A stretch of DNA of 37,778 nucleotides from Sphaeroforma arctica JP610 (Eukaryota): the NCBI RefSeq assembly GCF_001186125.1, contig NW_014039970.1:1-37778 (forward strand), in the 5' to 3' direction. This document shows positions 24,001-37,451 of this stretch, piece after piece. Each line of letters opens with the position of its first letter. Positions within the stretch are counted from its first letter, which is position 1. Made by a program: the position numbers and the translations under genes. The notes beneath the pieces are model-generated. The model was not told the origin of the DNA and searched no databases. It worked only from the letters and a program-made list of their open reading frames with translations.

Positions 24001-26157
24001 ATGAGCGAAATATCATTCCCTCTAGCTTGTTTTAAACTGTCAAAGTCTCCAGAGAAGATGTGTATCGCACCCTCGACAACTGACGATGGCTTGACAGCAG
24101 TTCTGAGCAACGGAGTGTATGGAGAGATTCTCCGTGCCTTTGATCAGCTCAAATTGAAAGATTCCACACTACACGTACCAAAGTTTGTTGTTGTTGGAGA
24201 TGAGAATGTTGGCAAGAGTTCAACACTGGAGCGTATAGCTGAATACAAAATATTCCCGACGGGAGTGGGGTTCACCACACGGATGATCACCAAGTTGATG
24301 CTCAGGCACACAGACAAGGATGATCAGGTTACCATACGGGTTGTTAATCGGAACTCAGGAAATATTGCTCGGGATAACCTGGACAAACTATACGAATTGA
24401 ATATACCAGTTGGAAATGACTATCGCAATGGAGAGACAGACATACGAGAGCATGTGTTGGAAATAATCAACAAGTTCACAATTCAGACCGGTGATAATCT
24501 GACTAAGCAGGTATGAAGCTTAGCAGTTGTGCATGTACCCTACGCGAGGCACTTGAGTGATATTTTCATAATCAAGTTATTGCATATCAATTGACGACAT
24601 TTACCCAAATTCAAATTACAATCCATAGGATGTTGAAATGGATCACGAATTTCAAGTCGAAGTGCAATCTTCTCGTGTCACTACTTTAGATCTGTATGAT
24701 ATGCCTGGTAAGTGTGTTGCCTTATTCCTGCTTATTCTTGCTTGTGTGTTTTATGCCGTCCGCGTATATTTGCTCCGACAAAAAACCCCCCCACCTGGTA
24801 TTGAACTCAATTGTCATATTTAAATATGAAATACAACTGCAGGTATAGTATCAGACCCCCCAAATGTTGCTAAAAATACTCGACGGTTGACTATGGGACA
24901 ATTAACTGATCCGAATGTGATAGCAATATGCGTACTCTCAGCGCAAACAAACTTACGCAATTTCAATATCTTGAATCAGGTGTGTTGGTCTTGGTGCCAT
25001 TTTGATTGCTATGAGTTCGTTATAGGAGCCCCGGTGAGTTGGTCATTACTACGTGCACACAATTTTTACTTTGTGAACTACCGTTAGAATCTCCTCATGT
25101 CAAGAAAAATTTAAAAATTATCCTACAGATCCGTGAAGCTAATGAAAGACGAGCAGGGGAGACTCTGCGTGCTATTGGGGTACTAACTCATGTAGATAAG
25201 TCTACTCCAGAAAGGGTTAGAAAAATGATAGGAGATTTCTTGCCTCGTTCTCCCTTGCAATCTCTCATTCCATTGATCAATGAGGATACGAATCCTATCG
25301 ACGATAGAAGCAACGGATATACTGAAAACGATTTTCAGGACGCGGGTTCGGCGGCGTTGGTACAGCACTTGGATTCAGAATTGAGAACTTATATGCGTGA
25401 CTTTTGGTTGGGGGAGCAGAAGCAGAAGCTTCAACGCTGTAGGGAGGATGTGAACAACAAGATCTCTGCTTTGGGTGCGGTTGCAGATACAGATATGTAC
25501 AAGAATTTGATTGCGGCTACTGTGCATACTGTTATTAAGCAACACTTCCGAACTATCCTAGAGAATCTTCAAATCGATTCACAGATGTTCGCCACAGCTT
25601 TATCAGGACCAAATGCATTTGGCAGCACAGACATCACATTCTCTTGCGTGCCAACGGATCGGTTGAACAAAATCAGATTTTGCTGCTTCTGGAAGAGCAG
25701 AATTTCCGACAAGATGTCCTCATTGATAAGTTTGATGATGGACAAGGTGAAACTACGTCTATCGAGCACAAGTCTAAAAGCAGTTCTCATCTCCGGTATC
25801 AGTCAACAATATGTGGTTTCGCGATTCTCGGCGATCCCTGGTTTCGTGGAGAGCTTGTTCGAAGAACAATTGAATATGGAACGTAGTTCGATTTCAAGCA
25901 TTATGAATGATATAGCACCTATATTCAAGGCACCTAACAATATTTCTGGAATTCGCAACGAACTGACAGATGTGTTGGTAGAACACATATTCGCGCCGGT
26001 ACTTCTATGGTTTGAAAATCCAGCTTTTGTGCGCACTTTAATGGGACATTCGGATTGTTGGGCGGATGACAACGATTCCAAGCGACTTGAACTTCAGGCC
26101 AAACTGGTACACATTGAAGAGGCGGAGCAAGTAATCGAAAGTCTGAACGACTCTTGA
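24001..26157 (+). CDS. Dynamin-superfamily GTPase (Mx-like, divergent); exons 24001-24510, 24629-24707, 24843-24979, 25129-26157 (~584 aa)
   Basis: G1 PKFVVVGDENVGKSS, G2 FPTGVGFTTR, G3 LYDMPG, G4 GVLTHVD. GT-AG junctions keep frame. C-terminal GED-like helix KRLELQAKLVHIEEAEQVI. Confidence 0.88.
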
Positions 26158-26529
26158 CTAGGTCAAGAAAATGATGATCAAGGTGTCATTAGTCAAAGCG
26201 ATACGGCGAGCCCAGAGGTATACTGTCCGGTCACTCTAGCAAGCGTATCAGACTTCGATTCTCAACTCGATATACTATATTTTATAAATTGATTTCCGAT
26301 CGCCTGATATTGGTTCTTAATTTATATGTATGTGTAGCCAATTTCAATATAGCGATTTGAATTGTGGCAGAGACAATGGCTTCTGAGCGTTCTATTTCAA
26401 ATTTCAATGTACCTTTGTTTGACTCGGTATTTCATGTTACATTTGCTAATGTATGTGCAAGTTGCAATACTCTGATTGATAGCAATCGATCAGAACAACC
26501 TAACTTACAATTGTACAACGCTAGAAGGA

Positions 26530-26900
26530 ATGAGCTGTGTGTCCATTGTGATATGTGGTGCAATGAGAGTACACTGTAAATATGTGTCCATGGCGATATG
26601 GAGACAATTCGAGTACATGGTTACTTACAGTACTATGAGAGAACGCTGTAATTATGTGCCCATGGCGATATGTAGAGTACAGTTAAAGAACATGGTGATA
26701 TTTAGTAAAATTCGAGTATATGGTTATATACAGTACAATGAAAGAACGCTGTAATAATGTGTCCATAGCGATTTGTAGTACAATTCGAGTACATGCTTTA
26801 TATACAGTACAATGAGAGAAAGCTGTGATTATGTGTCCACCGCGATATGCAGTGTAAATAGAAAACATGGTGATATGTAGTACAATTAGAGAACACAGTG
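26530..26900. repeat. Degenerate minisatellite (~55-60 bp units)
   Basis: Recurrent tacaatgagagaacgctgtaattatgtgtccatggcgatatg-like units. Confidence 0.8.
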
Positions 26901-28636
26901 TAAGACAAATCCGTATTCTGAATGTCAAAAAAGTATCGAACGTTGTGATCAAGCCATTTAATGCATCGTGATGGATAACTCACAAAGTGGTATGAGGTAT
27001 GTCTTGAAGTATGATGTCTTGCTGACCTCGGGTCATCTACATTTCCTTACTCATGTCAGAAATATAGCATGTAGTTGCAAGTACACACTCGTATAACACC
27101 GCTTGGAAATTGTGCTTCCATTTTAGCTTGAAAACATGACAATGAATCAACTGATAAAGTTGAAGTAATAAATAGAATTGTATATTTATGCTAGCATATT
27201 ACATATCTCTTATTAGTAGTATCCACTATTGAATGGCCGAAGAGTCAATAGTTCTACTTTGGCGATCGCAACTGCGCGTAGTCTTCCGTGATGTATTCTA
27301 TTGCGCAATTATTCATTAGCGCTGTGGAGTTTTGTATACATACGTCTCTAGGCCAGAATGAACTAACCTGGTAGTAGTTGCGCATGTCCCTTCGTAAATT
27401 CTGCATTTGCTTAAGTGTAGTATTTATCACCGAAAGCGTAGCTGTAGAGTCCCTATTTCTTTTATTGAACTTGAAATCTGTCCGGAACGCTTTTTCCCCA
27501 TTTGTAGGCCCCCGAGAGATCCTAAATGTAATTTTGTTTCAAAAAATAGAGCATACTTTTGTGGGTCCGTTATTAACGGCTGAAAAGAAAAGTTGTTTTA
27601 TAAATAAAAAAAGGGGGGGGGGAGTGAGTGTGTTTAAATGTGCGAGCGCGTGTGACTGAATAACAGTGCGTATTTACCTGTGTGTGTGTGTTGAGTGAAA
27701 GTGAGGGAGAAAGGGTCCATCATGAAATCCCACCCTGTGCGGATATATTCACAAGTAATTAGCTACCCTCTTTGACGAAACGTTTTTGGTCTCTGCGGCG
27801 CCCCAGCCGTGTTTTATTGAAGACTGCCAAATCAATAGCCCTATATCAGCAACTTGTATAGCTCACAGCTGCGTGTACAAGATATAGCATCCTGATGTAT
27901 TTTAAAAATGCCACCTGTACGATCAGATCTAGCAAGCCATCGTTCGCGAAGTACATCATGTTCTAATTTAGTTTATTTAATTTATTTCTAAGTATGTACT
28001 ATTTATTTATTTATTACAAGAATGGAGGCGGCAATTATGCCGTTTGGCTTCCTAACGAATCGCCTGATACCTGTGGTTCCAACAAACAACACAAATTTGG
28101 CTCAGATATTATCTCGAATTAGGACACAATTGCGTTGTAAATGCAATTGCAGAATAAGCTCAAGTGGACTAACTTAAATATCGTTTGTACTAGGATCGAA
28201 TGGTTGTGCACGTGTAGTACATCCAACAGAGAGAGAGAGAGAGAGAGAGACCTGGACGCAACAGTATAAAGGGATACCCGCAGACTTATGGCTGTGTAAA
28301 CCACATGGAGCCACCAAGCACCTTTATCATCATACAAGTATAACTCAACTGAGTACGTATATGTGAATCTGAGCTACGCAACAAAAATGCCTTTCTACTA
28401 TTGATACTGAACGTTACAGCACCTTGTCTATTGGATGAAGTGTATGAGTAATTTTAAATTAATGAAGTGTTGTTCCTAGTTCACCCTCGACAGATTTTTT
28501 TTGACAAAAAACATATATAAATAGGATACACACCCGCGCAGTCTAGGCGTGGGTCACTACAGATCTACTAGTGGTAATTAGATGTACACTTACACCACTT
28601 GTATACCAATTGGGGTATATGCACATACAATCACAA

Positions 28637-31600
28637 TCAATGGATCACTATTCCATGGGATGGTTCTGTTGCCTGAGCAGCCAAGGAATTCATTGCCAAT
28701 AGCCTTGAGAGTGTGATTGGCGTGTTACTCCTCTATCACTGATAACTATCGATAACAATCTTCCGTTGACACCCAATTTGCATTTCAATGTAACCCCACT
28801 GATGTATGTATACTGTATAATATATTGGATCAAATGCGTGCGCAAACACAATCCATGACGCATCGTCCCGTATGATACATACCTGAGCAGCCAAGGCATT
28901 GTCAATCACTTCAAGTGCGTGGTCGATGTGTTTCTTCTCCACAATTAACGGTGGCAGCATTCGCAGCACATTCGGGCCAGCGGATATCACGAGAACCCCA
29001 TTCCCTCGAGCTGTGTAGTGTGTGTGTACAGTGTTTCGTATACGTGATTTGAGTAAGAGTGTACTAAATCGCGAGCTCACACATACGGTGCACGTGCGTA
29101 TATATAGCTGCGTTATGGGCATGCGGACGTTCAAGCATTGGTCGTTATATTAGTTCTATAGCACAAGCACAACAGTCTATAGCAGTTACAGGCACAGTTG
29201 TTTGGCGACAAGGTTTACATATAGTCACACGTAGGTGCGTGCATATGGATATCATGACTATTCACACATTGGAATCCAAACATAGGTGTTGTGGATCATC
29301 GCGTATAGGAATTTACACACGAGTATCAGTGATAACCACTCAGAAATTCATTCATAGATGGACACATAAATAGTCGCAAATAGATATGTACACATAGGTA
29401 TATACATAAATAGTCACATTTAGATAGATGGACACATAAATAGTCGCAAATAGACATGCACACAGGTATATACATAAATAGTCACATTTAGATGAATATT
29501 CACGCACATAAGATCTTTTCACATGATACTCAAACAGAACGTGCACAATATACACCGACCCACAGACATTCCGACAGAAGTCGTTAATATGTGCTCAGTA
29601 AATCCCTAAAACGGGCTAAACTCCATCTGCGTTGTAGCTAACGCACAACACATACAAACATATTGTACACCAAATTCACCTAATGGTGTTCTTATACACG
29701 TGTAACACTCCCCAATATAAGGGGTATACAGGAGTCTATTGTAGCTGCCACGCTCGCACACAGGGTAGGCTACAACAGGGTCTTAAACACCTCACACACA
29801 CAACACGTAAGACGGAAAGGAATCGCATCGAGTGACCAAGAGCAGCTTACCTTTCGTCACCACATCCGCCACCGGGCAGGTCAAAACCATGCCCATCATC
29901 AAACCCCTTCCTCTAACCTGAGATACTAGGTCAGGGTACTTGGCACGCAGACTCTCTAGGCCGTTGACAAGGTACTCGCCATTTGCGCGCACGTTGGATA
30001 AGAAGGTGTCTGAGTTGATGATATCGAAGGTGGTCTGTGCTGCCGCACAGACTAAGGGACCGCCACTGAAGGTTGACCCGTGATCTCCTGATATGAGCCA
30101 AGCGGAAGAACACAACAGAGGGAGGAGAGAGGTTAGCGATTGCTGTGGTACATACAGTAGGTATCAGATCCTATAGGGAAAGGATTATAAGTACATGATA
30201 GTGCATGATAGGCAAGTACATGGTAAGCAAAGGATTCTACATACTCCTCCGAATTCTTCATATGATTCGGCATCGCAAAACAGAACGAGGAAGGAGAGTG
30301 GGTTGGCGAGTATCACAGTGCACAATGTGACTGATACTATATAACATGGTGTGCATGTAAGGACGGATTATCATAATGTCAGATGAAAACTAAATCATCT
30401 TGCCAGATGCCATTGCTATCTCGCATTCAAATCTACCACCTTCATGAGGTCTAACTCACACATGTATGCTCAAGAACTTGTATACTAAACACAAAAACGC
30501 GAACGCATATACATAAATATAAATACACACACTCATATATATATATATAGGCAGTGCACAGTACAAGATGACCCACCTGGCTTGATGGTACTCGACACAG
30601 CGTCTGTGACCAGCACAGCACCAATGGGAAGTCCTCCAGCCAAGGGCTTGGCAAGTGTCATGATGTCAGGTTTCACGTCAATGGTGTCACTCTCATGACC
30701 CCACAGTCGGCCGGTACGACCCAGGCCACACTGCACCTCGTCAAACACCAGCAGCACATTCTTCTCATCGCATATCTGTGGGTGTGCAGAGGTGTGTGGC
30801 AGTGTGAGGCTACCGTTATAGTCTTGCTATCCATAGTTTTTGGACTTCGTCATGCATTAACAGCATGATATTCTAATACGGGCAAGTTATACATTTACAA
30901 AATTGTCATACCTTCCTCAATGCAACCAGGAACTCGTCTCTGGCGGGTGTGACCCCACTCTCGCCCTGAATGGGCTCAACGACAGCCGCACACGTCTGAC
31001 TGTCAATGTGCTGTGAGAGCGTCTCTGTGTTGTTGAAATCGGCTGTGTGCACATTGCCGATCAATGGCCTGAATGCGTCCTGCAGTGATATAAAGTTAGG
31101 GCAGTCAACGAGGTTAGGAGATAAGAATAAGATGGAAAGAGTTGAATTATTAGGAAACCCCAAAACATGTCACATGCAACAGTACAACATACCTGGTAGT
31201 TGGTTTTACTAGATGCATATCTCAATATATATATATATATACGAGTCACATACAACGACACAACATACCTGGTAGTTGGTTTTACTAGATGCATATCTCA
31301 ATATATATATATATATACGAGTCACATACAACGACACAACATACCTGGTAGTTGGGATTGGGTGTGATGGATAGCGCCCCCATGGTACGGCCGTGAAAGC
31401 CGCCTGAAAATGACACTACTTTGTTCTTTTGGTGGTTTGGGTAGTTGACATGAGCCCTGTAAGTGACAAGCGGGTGAATTAGGAGTCGGTTTGTATGTAA
31501 AGTAAATTATGATAAGAGTTGTCTATATATATATATACAGATATGCATTCTGCTCATATATATGTATAAATCACGACGATAATTACCGATGGGTAAACGT

Positions 31601-32315
31601 AATTTTCTTCTTATCACTTCGCCATCTACTTGGCCTATCTAACAACATCTTATCACAGCACCATCTACATATCATGCTTCATTTTATCCACAGAAGATTA
31701 TTTTATCACGACAACAAAACTACTTCACGCTACCAAACCCATATTTACATGTCCTCATACCTCATATCACTAAACAACCCACTAGACCCTACCACACCAA
31801 TCACTTTCACTAAACTAAATAAAAAGAAGAGGGTGTTGAGTTTGTGGTACTTCGGGATTGGTGTATTAACCCTACCATACCATTTCCTAGCGAACTTGAT
31901 AGCCGCTTCGTTTGCCTCTGTGCCGCTGTTGCAGAAAAACACTTTGTCCGCAAACGAATGCTCCACCAGACTCTTCGCCAGTTGGGCGGCGGGTTGTGTG
32001 TGGAACAGATTGGAGACGTGTACGAGCTTGCTGGAGTACTCATTCACAGTCTTCACCCATGCCTGTGATAGGGAAGAAGAACGTGAGCATTACATATAAT
32101 TAGTGCACTGATGTATATATATATATATATAAGCGGCTTGTGCTTGCATTTGTGATATAAATATGTGTGTGTGTCTGTGTATTTGGGGGGCATGTGCACT
32201 GTTTGTATGCTATGTTTTTTTCTCGCGCTTATAGGGACGTGCATGTATTATCTGTGTGTATTGGTCTCCTTTACTCAACACATCAGGCATACCCCACGCA
32301 CATATATAATATGTT

Positions 32316-32346
<31 letters not shown>

Positions 32347-33489
32347 CATACATAAACATATATATACACATGTACAAAGTACATAAACACGAACAATCAC
32401 ATACATACACACTGACATTGCCACATACGCATATATATATATATATATATACACTGCAAGTCCGGTCCGATACGCTTATAAGTGAACACAGTGTGTGCAA
32501 GTGTGGAAGAGAATATGCATGTAGATGCGTTAGTAGCTGAAGGCACGGGACGCTCACACAATCATACTATTTTTTATTCAAATAGTAGGAAATGAAATGC
32601 AGAACACTTATTGTATCACGAAATGGTAAGCGAAGATAGTTGAAAATAAAGGACACTAATACAGTATCGTGAGATAGTATGGTAAGGATAGATAGGTGCT
32701 CATGTGGACAGACATACCGGGTGACTGTGTCCCAAAGCGTTTACGGCGATCCCCGCAGCGAAGTCTAGATACTCGCGACCATCACTGAACAAGTGAAATG
32801 AGAGAATTTGGTGTTCGGGTGAAAATGCATAAATTAAAAAAAAATCATAAAAGAAATATATATATATATATTCCACGAATTATGGGTTATATTGCTGCTT
32901 ATACATGCAACTACACATATGGTGATATTGACGCACCAGATTGGCATTCGGACTAGGAGCGTGGTAGATGCGGTATGCGGACTTTCCCATCAAGATATGG
33001 CATGGTAGATATGTGAAGGGAGATACACAGATATGGCTACCGTAATGTTGGTAACTTTCCCTCTGTATGAACTCTTTTGTGTACGACTCCATCTATCGGT
33101 ACGACGGTATGGGCATATAGACTCTATCTAAACCCGCGTGTCGAGGTATGCGTTCATATACTAATACATAATATGTATATCCTATTACGTACTCTAGTAT
33201 GTGTACTCGATGCAGGACTAAATTCGATGTACCATATATGCAAATCACCTACACCCAGATATAAAACTTCAACCATCTCAAAACAAAAGCTTGTACATGA
33301 GAAACAAAGCAGACCTTACCTGTCATAGAGATGCACCCCCTCTCCATGAGTGAACTCAATATCTGGGCGGACGTATGTGCCCACTAAATACTTGAAGTTA
33401 TCTCGTGCATTCGCAACACCACGTGACGAAATAGCACTGAGAGACTTCAGTGATGATGCATGTTTCACATTGCGACTGATTGAATACAT
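28637..33489 (-). CDS. ARG8: Acetylornithine aminotransferase (class III PLP; ArgD/ARG8) with a mitochondrial-type presequence. Exons 33320-33489, 32718-32784, 31881-32062, 31345-31456, 30912-31079, 30577-30775, 29851-30087, 28883-29010, and tentatively 28637-28672.
   Basis: [114 protein letters not shown]. All junctions are GT-AG and phase-compatible. Confidence 0.95.
29354..29494. repeat. Two-copy ~70-bp tandem duplication in an ARG8 intron
   Basis: atagatggacacataaatagtcgcaaataga...aggtatatacataaatagtcacatttagat occurs twice. Confidence 0.85.
31184..31355. repeat. 77-bp tandem repeat copying the ARG8 exon 4 donor site
   Basis: caacatacctggtagttgg at 31184, 31261 and 31338. Confidence 0.9.
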
Positions 33490-34745
33490 CGTGAGATGGT
33501 AGGTGGGAGTGGTACTGTAGCTGCAACGCCGAGGGCTACTGTGGCACTTAAGCTTGGGATAGTTTTGCCCACGAGGAGATATGCACAGTGAGATTTATAC
33601 TTACGACAGCATGAGAACACTCGACAAGCCAACTATCTACACAACCTACGCCTTATAGGCCTATGATAATTGAGAGACTGTCAACCACAGGCACACAGCA
33701 ACGCAGCAGAGGCACACGCTCTTTTAAATTGATGACATGGAGCGAATGGCTTAGGCCCAATCAATTGGCACCATCAGATTAGGGGATCAGATAGAATAAA
33801 CGACATTACATCATTCCCAAATGTTGTAAACTGCTTTCTGCATGTCGTAATTCGGATATTTATTTCAGGAATACCAATGTACTCTTTGTATTTTATACCA
33901 GTGATATAGTTACATCACCCTATTGTACGTTGTAACGTATACAAAGTTCGATCCCAATACCTTGTACACTTACGCTCTACGTTTACTTCGATGTGGTCTT
34001 TAGGTTGGTAATAAGGGTGCAATATTAAGATTATAAGGCGCAATATATAGGGTCTAATACCCCATATAGTACAATTATTTGTCACAATAGGTCCAGACCT
34101 GTCAATCTGTCGTGTATGCATACAACGGTTAAATGTCTCACCAATATACGTTTACGTTAAACGTATACACTGGACGACAACAACGAGCAGTGGTATATAC
34201 AATTTAGAACATTCGAGTGTGTTCGCTGGTGTTCGATATTCTCGACAAGAAAAGGTAAACAGACAAATAAATAACGTCATATCTGACATCAATACGTTTT
34301 GCGTTAAAACGGATATACTTCTGGAGAGTACAGGTTTGCGTTAAACAGTTGTGTCTTTGTTGGCCCTATTGTAGCATCTATGGGTGCACCTTCGGAGCCC
34401 AGAGATGCAGAGGTTTCTGATGATTCTCCCAAGGGGTTCATACTAGGTCAATTGGTTTCTAATCTTTTGACCCGTTTATATGTTTACAATTCGGCTAAAT
34501 AAGCGTTTACATTAAACTTCTATTTAGGACCCCTTCAACGGATTGAGGTTGACGCTCTGAACATATATTTATAATTGTGTCTGGCATTTACGTGGTGGTC
34601 GTGTGTACTGCCACTTCAATAGTCCGTTGTGGATCCTACTTGTTTTGAAGGTACTGGATTGTTTGACCATACGTTACACTATCTAAGTCAGCAGAGTATC
34701 ACTCAACAGTTACCTAAGTTATCCATTGCTCTGAATTCATTCACC
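33490..34745. promoter_or_regulatory. Divergent intergenic region (candidate bidirectional promoter) between ARG8 and OTC
   Basis: ATGs at 33489 (-) and 34746 (+) point away from each other, 1.26 kb apart. Confidence 0.6.
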
Positions 34746-34839
34746 ATGCCCGGACTGCTCGCAAAACCCCGTCATTTTATGACCCTCAAAGACTACAGTA
34801 TGTTATACTTCATTGTCGTGTCCTATAAACTTATATATA

Positions 34840-34873
<34 letters not shown>

Positions 34874-34895
34874 GTATGTATATATATATATATAT

Positions 34896-34929
<34 letters not shown>

Positions 34930-36292
34930 ATATATATATATATATATNNNNNNNNNNNNNNNNNNNNNNNNNNNNNNNNNNNNNNNNNNNNNNNNNNNNN
35001 NNNNNNNNNNNNNNNNNNNNNNNNNNNNNNNNNNNNNNNNNNNNNNNNNNNNNNNNNNNNNNNNNNNNNNNNNNNNNNNNNNNNNNNNNNNNNNNNNNNN
35101 NNNNNNNNNNNNNNNNNNNNNNNNNNNNNNNNNNNNNNNNNNNNNNNNNNNNNNNNNNNNNNNNNNNNNNNNNNNNNNNNNNNNNNNNNNNNNNNNNNNN
35201 NNNNNNNNNNNNNNNNNNNNNNNNNNNNNNNNNNNNNNNNNNNNNNNNNNNNNNNNNNNNNNNNNNNNNNNNNNNNNNNNNNNNNNNNNNNNNNNNNNNN
35301 NNNNNNNNNNNNNNNNNNNNNNNNNNNNNNNNNNNNNNNNNNNNNNNNNNNNNNNNNNNNNNNNNNNNNNNNNNNNNNNNNNNNNNNNNNNNNNNNNNNN
35401 NNNNNNNNNNNNNNNNNNNNNNNNNNNNNNNNNNNNNNNNNNNNNNNNNNNNNNNNNACATATACATACTAATACTATAACATATACTAAATAAATATAT
35501 ATAATATAACTATAATAATAAATAGACTAACATACATATACATATACACACATACACACACACACGCACACACACACACACGCACACACACACACACACA
35601 TACATACACGTACACATACACATACACACACATACACAAATACACATAAATAAAATACACATAAATAAAAATACACATACATACATACATGCACATACAT
35701 ATACATATACACATACACACACACACACATGTATATATATATATACATATAGATATAGATATAGATATATTGAAATGGATATAGATATGGATATATAGAT
35801 ACACACACATGTATACATGGATAGATAGATACAAACGCCCACAGCATATATATATATATATGCATACATACATATATATATATGTATACAAATATGTATA
35901 TATATATAAATATATGCATACATACATATATATATACACACACATATATATATATATATAGGTGTGTGTGTGTATAGCTATGTATCTGATCGTTCCCAGA
36001 CATTCTTTGGTTCCACTCGTTCTTCACCATTAACATCCTCACGTCTCACCCTCCCTCTTTTCGCACACAACAGCGGCGAAGGAAATCGGCGAACTGCTAC
36101 GCATGTCACATGTGCTGAAACAGAAAGTGGCGGACAATGACACCTCATTTAAGCCCTTGCATGGTCGCACATTGGGTATGCTGTTCCAAAAACGCAGCAC
36201 ACGCACCCGAGTGAGCTCAGAATCGGGAATGTTCAAATTGGGTGGCCACGCGCTGTTTTTGGGCAAAGACGATATCCAGCTGGGTGTAAATG
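34746..36292 (+). CDS. OTC: Ornithine carbamoyltransferase (ArgF/ARG3/OTC), exons 1-2 (34746-34797, 36074-36292); gene continues beyond the window
   Basis: [26 protein letters not shown]...[50 protein letters not shown] carbamoyl-phosphate motif; GT-AG junctions in frame. Confidence 0.93.
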
Positions 36293-36459
36293 GTATGTGC
36301 AATGGAGTTATTTGTTCCTTTGAATAGGGTTGGAAATATAATTTGTTTCTGGTTTGGTGAAGGATGTGTTTAAGAGTCGGGATAGGATTGTATTGCGTGC
36401 GGACACGTCTACAATAGAGTTCTTCGATGGATTGAGAAGGGATTGAGAAGCCAACAACA

Positions 36460-36685
36460 CGCAGAGTACATGTAGTGCTTGTGAATTAACTTACATATTA
36501 ATGCAGAGTATAAGTAGAAATAATGGATTAATTTACGTATTAATGCAGAGTACAAACAGAAATAATGGATTAATTTACGTATTTATGCAGAGTACAAGTG
36601 GTGCTTATGAATTCTTTTACGTATTGATGCAGAGTACATGCAGTGCTTATGAGTTAATGTACGTATTATTACAGAGTACATGTGG
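36460..36685. repeat. ~42-bp minisatellite in OTC intron 2
   Basis: Repeating taatgcagagtaca...tacgtat units. Confidence 0.85.
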
Positions 36686-36959
36686 TGAATTGTTGTGATA
36701 GTATCTATTGCGCTACAGTCCTTCTTCTGTATGCTGAATCCAGCTGACTTACACGCACATACGCACACACACATACATGTGTGTATATGTATATATGTAT
36801 ATAGGTATGTTTCTGTCAATGGTGCGGCCGAAGTGGAGTTTACCAGAAGTACATGGGAGTGTCTGTGGTACACAACATATTGCTAAGCTTGCAGTATAGA
36901 TTGCGACATGGCGTGCACGGTACCACAGATACCAATAGTCTAAACACGCAGCAACCAAA

Positions 36960-37336
36960 CAGTACTTGCGCATTACTTGTACATGACCATAGCCCATACG
37001 TCTATCTACCACTGATGATCTTTAACAGCACTTGCACATTGCTTGTACATGACCATAGCCCAAACGTCTATCTACCACTGATGATCTTTAACAGCACTTG
37101 TACATTGCTTGTACATGACCATAGCCCATACGTCTATCTACCACTGATGATCTTTAACAGCACTTGCACATTGCTTGTACATGTCCCTAGCCCATACGTC
37201 TATCTACCACTGATGATCGTTCGCAGCACTTTCACATTTCCATAGCCTATGCTTATATCTACCACTGATGATCGTTCGCAGCACTTGCACATTACTTGTA
37301 CATGTCCATTGCCCATACATCTATCTACCACTGATG
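36960..37336. repeat. 66-bp tandem repeat (~5-6 units) in an OTC intron
   Basis: cagcacttgcacattgcttgtacatgaccatagcccatacgtctatctaccactgatgatctttaa units. Confidence 0.92.
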
Positions 37337-37451
37337 TGTACCACAGTGCTTGCGAACATCACACAGCGGTCAGACACTCTAACTAAACGCAGCCGTCTCC
37401 CTCACGCGCACCTACTGTGCACACTCGTGTACATTCATCACTTTGTTTGGT

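Noticed and set aside
35487..36042. Cys/Val/Tyr/Ile-rich ORFs
   Set aside because: Translations of (CA)n/(TA)n microsatellites in OTC intron 1
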